Shown here: positions 49,416 through 58,597 of the stretch, piece by piece
How the letters are laid out: every line of letters starts with the position of its first letter
How positions within the stretch are numbered: the first letter of the stretch is position 1
Source: an uncultured Actinomycetota bacterium
GTDB taxonomy: Bacteria; Actinomycetota; Actinomycetes; Actinomycetales; Microbacteriaceae
Assembly (NCBI GenBank): GCA_963848065.1
Contig: CAWKBZ010000003.1
Coordinates: 13,147 to 77,146 of the forward strand
Direction: 5' to 3'
DNA length: 64,000 nt
The notes under the pieces: generated by a model
The model's input: the letters and a program-made list of their open reading frames with translations, nothing else
Database searches by the model: none
Told to the model about the DNA's origin: nothing
Program-made: the position numbers and the translations under genes

Positions 49416-49829
49416 ATGTCCATGACAGAGCGCACCCCTGCCGAACTCCGCGCCATTCTCGCCGAGACCGAGAAGTGGCTCGACGACGCGGACCCTGCGT
49501 CGCTCGACTGGGAAGACCCTGTTGACCTTCGACGCATCGGGCTCGCCGCCCGATCTTTGAACCGTGCGGACGCGGACCTGCGCGACGCCGTCGCCGCAGC
49601 GCGGACAGCGGGGCGCTCCTGGGCAGACATCGGGATCGTTCTGGGCGTTTCAAAACAGGCCGCGCAGCAGCGGTTCGGTCGGCCCGCGCCCGAGCGTCTG
49701 AATGAGATGACTGCGGAATCGAGCGCCGCCAGGCTGTACGACACTGACAGCTCCGAGTACGCCGGTGCGCTCAAGCTAGCGCGATCCATCGAGGCGGATA
49801 GGGCCAGGCGCGGGGCTTCGGACTCTTAA
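49416..49829 (+). CDS. HTH-containing protein, possible cognate antitoxin
   Basis: ATG 49416. 137 aa. RSWADIGIVLGVSKQAAQQRFG is a sigma-70 region-4-like HTH. Confidence 0.4.
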   Translation: MSMTERTPAELRAILAETEKWLDDADPASLDWEDPVDLRRIGLAARSLNRADADLRDAVAAARTAGRSWADIGIVLGVSKQAAQQRFGRPAPERLNEMTAESSAARLYDTDSSEYAGALKLARSIEADRARRGASDS

Positions 49830-50090
49830 CGATGTCGACCTGGCTCGCCGACCGTCCGGATGGCTGCCAGGTCTTCTGTGCCGCGCCGCGTCACTGTCGG
49901 TGCCCGCTGATTGCCGACGAGCTCTGCCCCGTGTGCGGCACCACCGCTCCCTACCAAGAAAGACGTCGTGCACCTCGGGCCGGCGGCGTTGGTGCGGACT
50001 ACCTCAATAGCACCCAGTCGGCCGAGACTGACCGGGACCTCGACACAGTGCGCGTGATGTTCCGGGTATCACCGGTGATACACTCAAGGA

Positions 50091-50327
50091 ATGGAATCAG
50101 TGACTGTGAGGGATCTGCGCAATCACGGTGGCGACGTGCTGAGTCGCGTGGTGGCAGGTGAATCCCTGATCGTCACGCGAGATGGAGCCTCTGTCGCGGA
50201 ACTGCGACCGGTACGGAGGGCAGGCGTTTCAACCGCCGAGCTCATCGCGCGCCGCGCCGCGCTGCCTCCTGTTGATGTGAACACATTCCGAGCTGACGTC
50301 GACGCAGTGCTGGATCCCACGATATGA
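50091..50327 (+). CDS. Phd/YefM-type antitoxin
   Basis: 78 aa. MESVTVRDLRNHGGDVLSRVVAGESLIVTRDGASVAEL. 4-nt overlap with the downstream PIN gene. Confidence 0.8.
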   Translation: MESVTVRDLRNHGGDVLSRVVAGESLIVTRDGASVAELRPVRRAGVSTAELIARRAALPPVDVNTFRADVDAVLDPTI

Positions 50328-50740
50328 GCCCGGAGCGATCGTTGGGGTTGCTCGATACATCAACCGTGATTCTGCTCGGGCGGATCACCGATCCGACGGC
50401 ACTGCCTGATGAGATCGTCATCAGTGCCATCACGCTCGCCGAATTGTCCGTCGGTCCGCACGTAGCACAATCGCAAGAGGAGCGAGTTGCCCGCCAGGCG
50501 CATCTCCAACAGGCAGAGGCGGACTTCGAACCACTGCCATTCGATGCGGCAGCAGCCCGCGCCTTCGGACGCGTCGCCGCGTCGCTTCGCCGTGCTGGGC
50601 GGAAGCCCGCGGCGCGTGCATATGGCGCACTCATCGCCGCCACTGCGATTGCCAACCAGATTCCTCTTTACACCTGCAACTCATCGGACTTCGAAGGCAT
50701 CGACGAACTCGATGTCGTCGCGGTGCCGCTGGGCGGCTGA
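50324..50740 (+). CDS. vapC: VapC-type PIN-domain toxin with Gly at the third conserved acidic position
   Basis: 138 aa. LLDTST, TLAELS, AYGALIAATA (G101, GGC at 50624-50626, where PIN toxins have Asp), and SSDFEG. Confidence 0.75.
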   Translation: MSPERSLGLLDTSTVILLGRITDPTALPDEIVISAITLAELSVGPHVAQSQEERVARQAHLQQAEADFEPLPFDAAAARAFGRVAASLRRAGRKPAARAYGALIAATAIANQIPLYTCNSSDFEGIDELDVVAVPLGG

Positions 50741-50829
50741 CGGCTGACCTTTGTCGTAGCTCGGGGTTTCAGGCCGCGCTCACAGGCTCATGCTGAGAAA
50801 CTGAGCCAGCACCTCGAAAGGAAACCGCA

Positions 50830-51705
50830 ATGCCATTCCGCATGACCAGAGGCACGAGGTCGTCAATGCGGTTCGCCGTTGCAGCAATCGCGCTCGCCGC
50901 CCTCGCTGGATGCTCGGCGGCGCCCACCACGACACCGCCCCAGCCTGCGCCGGAGTCGTTGAACCACATCCACGGGATCGTCGCCGCAGGAGACGGTCGC
51001 ACGGTGTATCTCGGCACCCACACCGGCATCTACACGGCCGACGACACTGGCATACTCGCCGGACCTCTCGGCGCCGCCGACTTTGACGCCATGGGGCTCA
51101 CCGTGATCGGGGACTCGCTCGTCGCATCCGGGCATCCCGGGCCGACCACTCCGACCGAACTTGGTTCCCCCAACCTGGGGATCATCCTCAGCGAGGACGG
51201 CGGCGAGAGCTGGCAGCCGATCGCGTTCACCGGCGTGGAGGATTTCCATGTGCTCACTTCTGCACCTGACGGGCGCCTGTACGGGATTGGGTCAAGTTCC
51301 AATGCGGTGCTGACAAGCACCGACCGGGGCGTGACATGGAGTACCGGAGCGGTGCTCGCGGCGGCCGACATGACAGTAGCCGCTGACGACGCGCTGTACG
51401 CCGCCACTCCGGAGGGCCTTCAGGTGAGCACCGACGCTGGCGCTACCTTCACTGCGATCGCCGATGCACCGCTTCTCTACGGCCTCGAAACGACACCGGA
51501 AGGCGCGATCGTCGGTGTCGACACCGACGGCACGCTATGGCGCAGCGCCGACGGTCAGCAGTGGGAACCGTGGGCAACCGCAGAGGGGGCCGTGCAAGCC
51601 CTCGGTGTCGCCGGCGACGGCACAGTCGTTCTTGTGGATGACCGTGGCCTGGTGTGGATGCTCGGAACCGGGGTCACCATCGTCCCCCTGCAAATGCGGC
51701 ACTAG
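50830..51705 (+). CDS. Secreted lipoprotein with four Asp-box (BNR-like) motifs
   Basis: Lipobox LAGCS. Asp-box motifs SEDGGESWQ, STDRGVTWS, STDAGATFT and SADGQQWE. Confidence 0.65.
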   Translation: MPFRMTRGTRSSMRFAVAAIALAALAGCSAAPTTTPPQPAPESLNHIHGIVAAGDGRTVYLGTHTGIYTADDTGILAGPLGAADFDAMGLTVIGDSLVASGHPGPTTPTELGSPNLGIILSEDGGESWQPIAFTGVEDFHVLTSAPDGRLYGIGSSSNAVLTSTDRGVTWSTGAVLAAADMTVAADDALYAATPEGLQVSTDAGATFTAIADAPLLYGLETTPEGAIVGVDTDGTLWRSADGQQWEPWATAEGAVQALGVAGDGTVVLVDDRGLVWMLGTGVTIVPLQMRH

Positions 51706-51763
51706 CCTGCCGGTTCCACTCCTCGCGCGACAACGGCGAACCGCTGGCACAATTGCAGGCGTG

Positions 51764-53263
51764 ATGTCTCTCGTTCGTATCGAGTACCTCGCCGATGAAG
51801 GCTCGCTCGAGCGCGGCCGCGACTACTTTCGGCGCGGCAAGGTGCTGCGCGCGACGATTCTTGCCGACGGGACCATCGAGGGCGTCGTCGAAGGCGAGAA
51901 CTTCTACCGCGTGCGCCTCACCGCGAGAACCTGGAGTTGCGACTGCCCTATGGGCGTGCAGGGCGTGTTCTGCAAACACTGTGTCGCCGTCGCGCTGAAG
52001 GCGCTTGGTGAAGCGGATGCCGCGGCTCCCCCATCACGGTCGGCCGCGACATCCACCACCGGTCTTGCTGACGCGCAGAAGCAACTGCTCGACGGGTTCC
52101 GCACACGCAGGGAACTCTACGACTGGCGCGCGGTGTCCGACTACGCGGGCATCGCCTACGCCTCGGTCGAGGGCTTGCGGGATGCCGCACAAACGTGGGG
52201 CGCAGCCGCGCTCATCCCAACCGTTCACAAGGCGATCGCGTCGACGGTGCGCGTCATCCATCGCGCCGATGACTCGAACGGCGAGATCGGCACCATCGTG
52301 CGGGAGCTACTCGACCTGCATGCCGAACTCTGCGCGATTGCGTCGCCGCCGCCAACAAAGCTCGCCGACTGGTTGATCGACTTCCAGTTCGACGGCAAGC
52401 AGGACTTCTTCAACCCCGACGTCGCCCTGTACGCGGATGCGCTGGGTGAGAAGGGGCTCGCGCGCTTCGATGAGAGGCTGCGCCAGATCGAGGGCAAGTT
52501 GCCGCCACCCAGCGATGACTACGACGATCGCACGATGGTCCGCTACAACTTCGAGCGTCTTGCGGTGGCGCGCCGGGATGTTGCTGGCATCATCGCAAGT
52601 TTCGGCGAACTCACGCGCTCCTACCGTTTGCACGACCTTGCCAAGGCGCTGGTCGAAGTCGGCGCGATCGACGAGGCAATCGCCTTTGCCGAGCGGGGCA
52701 CGCATGCGGAGTTGGGTTGGCAGGCGGAGCGCTGCGGGCAGTACTGGTGCGAGCTGCTGCACGAGAACCGATCCCGGGACGAGGAACTCGCGGCACGCAC
52801 CTTGATCTTCGAACGCTGGCCCACCGCGCAGAACGCGCAGGGGCTCGCCGCTGTCGCAGGCGACGGGTGGGCGACGCTGGCGGAAGACGCCTACGCGAAA
52901 CTCGAGAAGCGCGATCCGAGCGAGCTGATCAACGCGCTGCTCGGCCTCGGTCTCGATGAGCGCGCCTGGAACGAGGCGCACCGCTTCACCCTGCACGAGC
53001 GCCAGTGGACGCGACTCGTCGCCGCCCGCGAGAAGGTCGACCCGGCATCGGTCGTGCCGGTTCTCCGCGAACTCATTGATACCGATCTCCAGATAGCGGA
53101 TGCTCGCAACTACAAGTCTGCAGCGAAACGGTTGAAGCAACTGAGGGCAGCGCTGAAGGCGACCGGAGCGGGCGATGAGTTCGAGCCCATCGTCGCAGCA
53201 CTACGCGAGGAACACAGACGCCGGCCCCGCCTGCTCGAGGAACTCCGTAAGGCGGGTTTCTAG
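51764..53263 (+). CDS. SWIM zinc-finger domain protein
   Basis: ATG 51764. 499 aa. WSCDCPMGVQGVFCKHCVAV is CxCx(n)CxH. The remainder is helical-repeat-like. Confidence 0.75.
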   Translation: MSLVRIEYLADEGSLERGRDYFRRGKVLRATILADGTIEGVVEGENFYRVRLTARTWSCDCPMGVQGVFCKHCVAVALKALGEADAAAPPSRSAATSTTGLADAQKQLLDGFRTRRELYDWRAVSDYAGIAYASVEGLRDAAQTWGAAALIPTVHKAIASTVRVIHRADDSNGEIGTIVRELLDLHAELCAIASPPPTKLADWLIDFQFDGKQDFFNPDVALYADALGEKGLARFDERLRQIEGKLPPPSDDYDDRTMVRYNFERLAVARRDVAGIIASFGELTRSYRLHDLAKALVEVGAIDEAIAFAERGTHAELGWQAERCGQYWCELLHENRSRDEELAARTLIFERWPTAQNAQGLAAVAGDGWATLAEDAYAKLEKRDPSELINALLGLGLDERAWNEAHRFTLHERQWTRLVAAREKVDPASVVPVLRELIDTDLQIADARNYKSAAKRLKQLRAALKATGAGDEFEPIVAALREEHRRRPRLLEELRKAGF

Positions 53264-53664
53264 AGCCGGAGCTCCTCCATCGGCTGCCCGGTCACCTGTG
53301 CGATGAGTTCGAAGTCCTTGTCGACGTGGAGTACAATCAGGCGCCTTGCCTCGGCGATGGCCGCGACCAACAGATCCGGAATGGATGGCGCGCGATACTG
53401 GCCGCGCTCGGCGAGCAGCCCCTGCACTTCCACGGCACGCTCCTCGATCGCCGGGGTGAGGTGCTCGATGAGCAATGACACGATCGGGACGGTTGCGAGA
53501 GTGTGCCGGAGATCCTCAGCGGAGCGCGCTGAGTAGCCGACCTCCAGACGGGTGACGGTTGTGATTGCGAGGAGCCCCCGCTGTATGCGGTCCGCCCACA
53601 GCTCGGCGTCCGTGCTCTGTCCCAGTCGTGCGAGTGCGGACTTATCGACGAGCCAGCCCGTCAC
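53260..53664 (-). CDS. vapC: VapC-type PIN-domain toxin
   Basis: 134 aa. LVDKSA, TRLEVG, IPDLLVAAIA and HVDKDFE. Confidence 0.8.
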   Translation of the reverse strand: MTGWLVDKSALARLGQSTDAELWADRIQRGLLAITTVTRLEVGYSARSAEDLRHTLATVPIVSLLIEHLTPAIEERAVEVQGLLAERGQYRAPSIPDLLVAAIAEARRLIVLHVDKDFELIAQVTGQPMEELRL

Positions 53665-53882
53665 CGCCAGGCACGGCCCATGAGTTCGTCGTCCAGAAGT
53701 GCGCTCAGCCGATCATCCGACGCCCGCAGGTCGTCTGCGCTTACTGATTGGGACATCCGCCGGGCTTCCTGAATGAGTTGCCGGCGAACGTACTCAACGC
53801 GGGAGATTCCGAGCTTCGATGCCGCTGCGTCGATGTCGGCGACAACGGCGTCCGGAAGATTACGAATCAGGATGTCAGCCAT
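53661..53882 (-). CDS. vapB: Ribbon-helix-helix VapB-type antitoxin
   Basis: 73 aa from ATG 53880-53882. MADILIRNLPDAVVADIDAAASKLGISRVEYVRRQL. 4-nt overlap with vapC. Confidence 0.75.
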   Translation of the reverse strand: MADILIRNLPDAVVADIDAAASKLGISRVEYVRRQLIQEARRMSQSVSADDLRASDDRLSALLDDELMGRAWR

Positions 53883-54018
53883 GCGTGCTCCGTTCCTCGG
53901 TGATATCAAATGATAGCACCGGCTTCCGGCTCCTCCACAAACGCTCGCATGTCGCTGAAGTGCACACCCAAGAGGACTCGGACGGCGCCCTCGCAACTCG
54001 CGCCATAGCCTGCCACCC

Positions 54019-54573
54019 ATGATCATCGAAGCCGGATATGACCTGTTTCAGCTGTTCGCCCCACACCTGTTCCCCAAGAAGCGGAAGCCCGGCAGGAAAG
54101 CGATGTGGGTTATCGCGATGGACGACCAACTTCGCCAGCTCTATGTGAAGAAGGTGAAGGGCGATGCGGGTGCCACCATGGAGTCGCGCGTGTGCGACAT
54201 CGCGGACTCCCTGGCCGGGCACTTTCCTACGCCAACCGCCTACTTCGCGGTCGGATGCCTCGACACCGATCTTCGTGGTGACTACGGCGCTGAGTTCGAG
54301 CGGCAGTACGACACCCTGCGTTCCGCACCGGAACTGATCGAGCACGAGTTCATTGGCAACTACCTCTCCAACGGCAAGTCCCTGTACTCAAGCGCACCGC
54401 GCTACAGCTTCAGGGATTACGTCGGGCTGGAACATCTGCCGAGGGTCGCAATCCTGCCTGGGCCGCACGAGTACCCATGTGAGTGCCTCGCGTGTGTGCA
54501 GTTCGAGGAGAAGCTCCGCGCCAACTGGGAACGGCATGCCGCGCTCGACCTGGAGGACAGGGAGCATCCGTGA
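54019..54573 (+). CDS. Hypothetical protein (184 aa)
   Basis: Uninterrupted ORF with coding-like composition. Contains YPCECLACVQFEE. No family recognised. Confidence 0.45.
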   Translation: MIIEAGYDLFQLFAPHLFPKKRKPGRKAMWVIAMDDQLRQLYVKKVKGDAGATMESRVCDIADSLAGHFPTPTAYFAVGCLDTDLRGDYGAEFERQYDTLRSAPELIEHEFIGNYLSNGKSLYSSAPRYSFRDYVGLEHLPRVAILPGPHEYPCECLACVQFEEKLRANWERHAALDLEDREHP

Positions 54574-54619
54574 TGATCGTTGGGTGTACCACCTGTGGTC
54601 CAAGTGGTACCATCGGCCT

Positions 54620-54877
54620 ATGCCAACGAACCGACGTCGATATCAGGTCACCGAGACCGACGAGGTGGCGCGCGCGATCGACCAGGCCGCTCAGCGCTGG
54701 CCCGACGAGCCGCGGTCTCGCCTCATCGTCCGTGCGATCGTGACCGGCGGGGAGGCACTCGCCCAAGGTTCAGAAGTGCTCGAACGCCAAGCAGCGATAC
54801 GCCGACTCAGGGGCAGCTACAAGGATGCCTTCGATCCCGACTATCTACGTGACATTCGCGCGGACTGGCCCGAATGA
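54620..54877 (+). CDS. Antitoxin of a VapBC-like pair
   Basis: 85 aa from ATG 54620. MPTNRRRYQVTETDEVARAIDQAAQRWP. 4-nt overlap with the downstream PIN gene. Confidence 0.65.
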   Translation: MPTNRRRYQVTETDEVARAIDQAAQRWPDEPRSRLIVRAIVTGGEALAQGSEVLERQAAIRRLRGSYKDAFDPDYLRDIRADWPE

Positions 54878-55257
54878 TCGTGCTTGACGCGAGCGTCGTC
54901 ATCGCCTTTCTCGACCCCGCCGACGTCCATCACGCACAGGCGTCGGCCCTCCTCGATAACCACGCCGCTGACGGTTTCTGGATGCACGAGCTGACCCTCG
55001 CCGAGGTGCTGGTAGGAGCAGTGCGAGTCGGGCGTGCCAGCCAACTGCGGGACGAATTGAACTCGATCGGCATCCAGACACATCCCTCGACGATGCAGGG
55101 GCCGCTCATTCTCGCGGAGCTGCGCGCAACAATAGGGCTCAAAATGCCCGACTGCTGCGTACTCTCGGTGGCACAACACCACCAGAGCCCGCTCGCGACG
55201 TTCGACGAGCGACTCATGCGCGTCGCCAATTCATTGGGATTGTCCGTGCTCCCATAG
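54874..55257 (+). CDS. vapC: VapC-type PIN-domain toxin
   Basis: 127 aa. IVLDASV, LTLAEVL, MPDCCVLSVA and ATFDERL. Confidence 0.8.
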   Translation: MIVLDASVVIAFLDPADVHHAQASALLDNHAADGFWMHELTLAEVLVGAVRVGRASQLRDELNSIGIQTHPSTMQGPLILAELRATIGLKMPDCCVLSVAQHHQSPLATFDERLMRVANSLGLSVLP

Positions 55258-55292
55258 CGCCCGGCCCTCAGCCCCTCACTACGCTTAACCAC

Positions 55293-55847
55293 ATGCCCTC
55301 ACGCCGCACCGCAGCCGCCACCCGCGAGGCGATCCTGCAGACGGCGACCCAGCTGTTCGCCGAACGAGGCTACGCGGGCACGTCCGTTCGCGACATCGCG
55401 ACCGCCGCGGCAACGGATCCGGCGCTCGTCATCCGGCACTTCGGGTCGAAAGAATTGCTCTTTCTCGAGGCAATGCGCCCCGAGATGCACCCCAATCCCC
55501 TGCTCGAAGGCCCGATTGAGACGCTCGGGGTGCGCTTCATCGAGAGCCTCCTGGGCTCAGAAGACCAGACCCGCGGAGTGTTCCTGGCGCTGCTCCGCGC
55601 GGGAGGTTCCGGGCCGATCAACTCCCGACTTCGCGAGGTACACGAGCAGTCGTTCGTCGCGCCGCTGCGCTCCCGCCTCACGGGAGCGGATGCCGACCTG
55701 CGAGCCCGCGAGGCCGCTGCGGTCGTCGGCGGACTGCTCTACGCATTGTGGATCGTCGGCGACGACGTGCTTGCCTCAGCGGAGCCGGCCGAAGTCGCCC
55801 GTCGCTACGGCGGCGTACTGCAGCAACTCATCACCCCGGAGGACTGA
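55293..55847 (+). CDS. TetR/AcrR family transcriptional regulator
   Basis: 184 aa. ILQTATQLFAERGYAGTSVRDIATAA is the TetR HTH. Confidence 0.85.
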   Translation: MPSRRTAAATREAILQTATQLFAERGYAGTSVRDIATAAATDPALVIRHFGSKELLFLEAMRPEMHPNPLLEGPIETLGVRFIESLLGSEDQTRGVFLALLRAGGSGPINSRLREVHEQSFVAPLRSRLTGADADLRAREAAAVVGGLLYALWIVGDDVLASAEPAEVARRYGGVLQQLITPED

Positions 55848-55863
55848 GCCGAGTAGAGTGGTA

Positions 55864-55878
55864 GTCAACTAAGTTGAC
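55864..55878. promoter_or_regulatory. Perfect 15-nt palindrome GTCAACTAAGTTGAC between tetR and the SDR gene (candidate TetR operator)
   Basis: 7-1-7 inverted repeat. Lies 17 nt after the tetR stop and 36 nt before the probable SDR start. Confidence 0.4.
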
Positions 55879-55914
55879 CGACAGAGCAGTCGGCCACAGA
55901 TGAGGGAGCACCCC

Positions 55915-56724
55915 ATGCAGATCACAGACAAGGTTTTCGTCGTCACCGGCGGCGGCAACGGAATCGGGCGCGAAGTAGTTCTCGAGCTGTTGCGCCGCGG
56001 CGGTCGGGTCGCAGCACTCGACCTCAGCAAAGACGGCCTGGCCGAGACAAGCGAACTGGCCAAAGCGGACACGAAGCTCACCACCCACGCGATCGACATC
56101 ACCGACCGCAAGGCCGTCGAGGCACTCCCCGCCGCCGTGAAGAAGGCACACGGCCAGGTCGACGGCCTCGTCAACGTCGCCGGCATCATCCAGCCGTTCG
56201 TGAAGATCAACGAGCTCGGCTACGACCAGATCGAGCGCGTCATGAACGTCAACTTCTGGGGCGTCGTCAACACCACGAAGACCTTCCTGCCTGCCCTGCT
56301 GGAGCGGCCCGCGGCATCCATTGTCAATGTCTCCAGCATGGGCGGGCTCGCCCCGGTTCCCGGCCAGGCAGCGTACGGCGCGAGCAAGGCCGCCGTGAAG
56401 CTGCTCACCGAGGCGCTGTTCGCCGAGCTGCAGGGCACTAACGTCGCGGTGACCGTCGTGTTCCCCGGTGGCGTGAGCACCAACATCACCGGCAACTCAG
56501 GGGTCGAAATCCCGAACATGGCCGCGGCAATGGAGGGCGCCAAGCAGCGCAAGACCACCACGGCGCCCGAGGCTGGGCGGATGATCGTCGAGGGAATCGA
56601 GAAGGGCAGCTACCGCGTGCTCATCGGCAGTGACGCCCGGATGCTCGACCGGCTCGCGCGCCTCTCGCCGCGTCGCGCGACCATCCTCATCGCCAAGCAG
56701 ATGAAGTCGCTGCTCGGGGGCTAA
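55915..56724 (+). CDS. Short-chain dehydrogenase/reductase (SDR)
   Basis: MQITDKVFVVTGGGNGIGREV (TGxxxGxG). NVSS...YGASKAAVK (catalytic YxxxK). ATG 55915 has GAGGGA upstream. The ORF could also start at 55900. Confidence 0.85.
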   Translation: MQITDKVFVVTGGGNGIGREVVLELLRRGGRVAALDLSKDGLAETSELAKADTKLTTHAIDITDRKAVEALPAAVKKAHGQVDGLVNVAGIIQPFVKINELGYDQIERVMNVNFWGVVNTTKTFLPALLERPAASIVNVSSMGGLAPVPGQAAYGASKAAVKLLTEALFAELQGTNVAVTVVFPGGVSTNITGNSGVEIPNMAAAMEGAKQRKTTTAPEAGRMIVEGIEKGSYRVLIGSDARMLDRLARLSPRRATILIAKQMKSLLGG

Positions 56725-57420
56725 CCCAGCTTCGCCACGTACACAGTGTTCGCCGACTGCCCGCCGGTGAGCGGGTTGTCGAACGCGACCACGTGGGCGG
56801 CGTTCTCCGGGAAGTCCAAATCGAGCAGGTCGCTGTACTGCTCATCGGGCGGGTCGTCCGACCACAGCGCGAAGACTCCGCCGGGCTTCAGGTGCTTCGC
56901 AAGCCGGCGAACCCCCTGCGCGGTATAGAAGTCGTCATGCCCGTCCGCGAGCACGTGACGGGGTGAGTGATCGATGTCGACGAGGATCGCGTCATAGGTC
57001 TTCTCGGGTTCCCGCCGCATGAGCGCGAAGAAGTCGTCATGCACCAGTGTTCGTGCGCGGGTCGGAGACGAGCGAGGGCGAAACGGGCAGAAGCTGTCGC
57101 TGGTGCCAGTCGATGACGGCGTCCACGGCATCCACCACTGTCAGCGTCTCCACGCGCTCATGTTCGAGCACCGCCTGCGCGGTGTAGCCGAGTCCCAGTC
57201 CGCCGACGAGCACGTCAAGGTTGTCGCCGTCGACCTGGGCGAGTCCGAGGTGGGCGAGCTCGATTTCGGCGACCGTGAACAGGCTCGACATGAGGAACTC
57301 GTCGCCGAGCTTCACCTCGAACACGTCAACATCGAGTGTCGGCTCACGCCGCCGCCGCAGCGTGATTTCGCCCATCTCTGTGGACTGCCAGGCCAGTTCC
57401 TCGATGCGCGCGCTCATCAT
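56721..57420 (-). pseudogene. Spermidine-synthase-like SAM-dependent methyltransferase-fold protein; one frame disruption near 57060
   Basis: N-terminal part (MMSARIEELAWQ...VLVGGLGLGYTA...) is in the frame of ORF 57037-58212. C-terminal part (RTLVHDDFFALM...ILVDIDHSP...GGVFALWSD) is in ORF 56721-57131. Confidence 0.65.
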
Positions 57421-57443
57421 CGCACCGTAGCAGTGATGGCCCG

Positions 57444-58458
57444 CTAGCGGGCGACGTCGATGAGCACTTTGCCCACGATTCCGCCCTCGACCGCTTCGTG
57501 AGCAGCGGCGGTCTGCTCGAGCCCGAAGCGGTGCAGCGGCAGTCCGGCCTGCTCCCCGACCGGCAGGGCGCCGTCGCGCACGGCAGCGTTGACGTCCTCG
57601 GCGGCCGCAGCGATCGCATCGATTCCGACGGTTTAGAGCAGAACGAACTGGTAGCGGATGTTCAGCCCCATGCTCCGGCGGATGTCCGGCGCGAACGGCA
57701 CTCCGCCATCGTTCGCGTACATAGCGACCGTGGCCCGGGGCTTCACTACGGCGTGATTGAGTTCGTCGTTCGCTCCGATCGCGACCTCGACGACCTGGTC
57801 GACGCCGTCCGGGGCGATTCTGCGGATCTGGTCGGCAGCATCCGCCTCCCGGTAGTTCACGACATGGTGTGCGCCAGCGGATGACGCGAGCCGCCCCTTC
57901 TCGTCGGAACTGACCGTCGCGATCACTGTCGCTCCCGCCCAGCGCGCCAACTGGATGGCGGCGTGACCGACAGCGCCGGCACCGCCCGCCACGAGCACGA
58001 CCTTGCCCGCGAGAGCGCCGGGGTGCAGCCGGGAAGGCCCACCATCTGCAACCGTGAGCGCTCGGTGCGCTGTGACTGCCGGCACGCCGAGGCTCGCACC
58101 CAGATCGAAGTCCGCCTCGTCCGGCAGCGGGAACACGCGCTCCGCCAGCGCGAGCGTGAACTCCTGCGCGGTGCCGTGCAGCGGACGCTGCCACGCCGCC
58201 ATGACAAGCCACACCCGGTCGCCCACCGCGAAGCCGGTCACGCCCTCACCGATCGCGTCGATGACACCGGCGCCGTCCTGGTTGGGCACCGCGACATCCA
58301 CTTCACTGCCCGCCCTGCGGGACTTCCAGTCGGTGGGGTTCACGCCGGAGACGACAATGCGCACGCGCACTTCGCCGGGGACCGGGCTGCGGCACGTCTC
58401 GATCTGCGAGGGCGAGAACGGACGGGTCACCGGGCTGGCTGTAAACGATTGATCGCAT
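57444..58458 (-). pseudogene. Zn-independent quinone oxidoreductase (MDR family); frameshift plus in-frame TAA
   Basis: MRSIVYSQPGDPSVLALADRDVPQPGP switches frame at the GGGG run 58377-58380 into GEVRVRIVVSGVNPTDW...LVAGGAGAVGHAAIQLA. TAA at 57633-57635 replaces the Tyr expected in FVLL(Y)TVG. 63 more in-frame codons follow, to TAG at 57444. Confidence 0.7.
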
Positions 58459-58597
58459 ACCGGAAGCAACCTCGCCGTCCCTCGAACTATTTCCTTCAGG
58501 GATGGCCGCCCGCCGTACCCCACTGACAGGGGATATCCGGTAACGAGAAGATCTCGTACTCTCGGGAGAGGCGCCCCTGCGCCGAACTGGGGGAACG

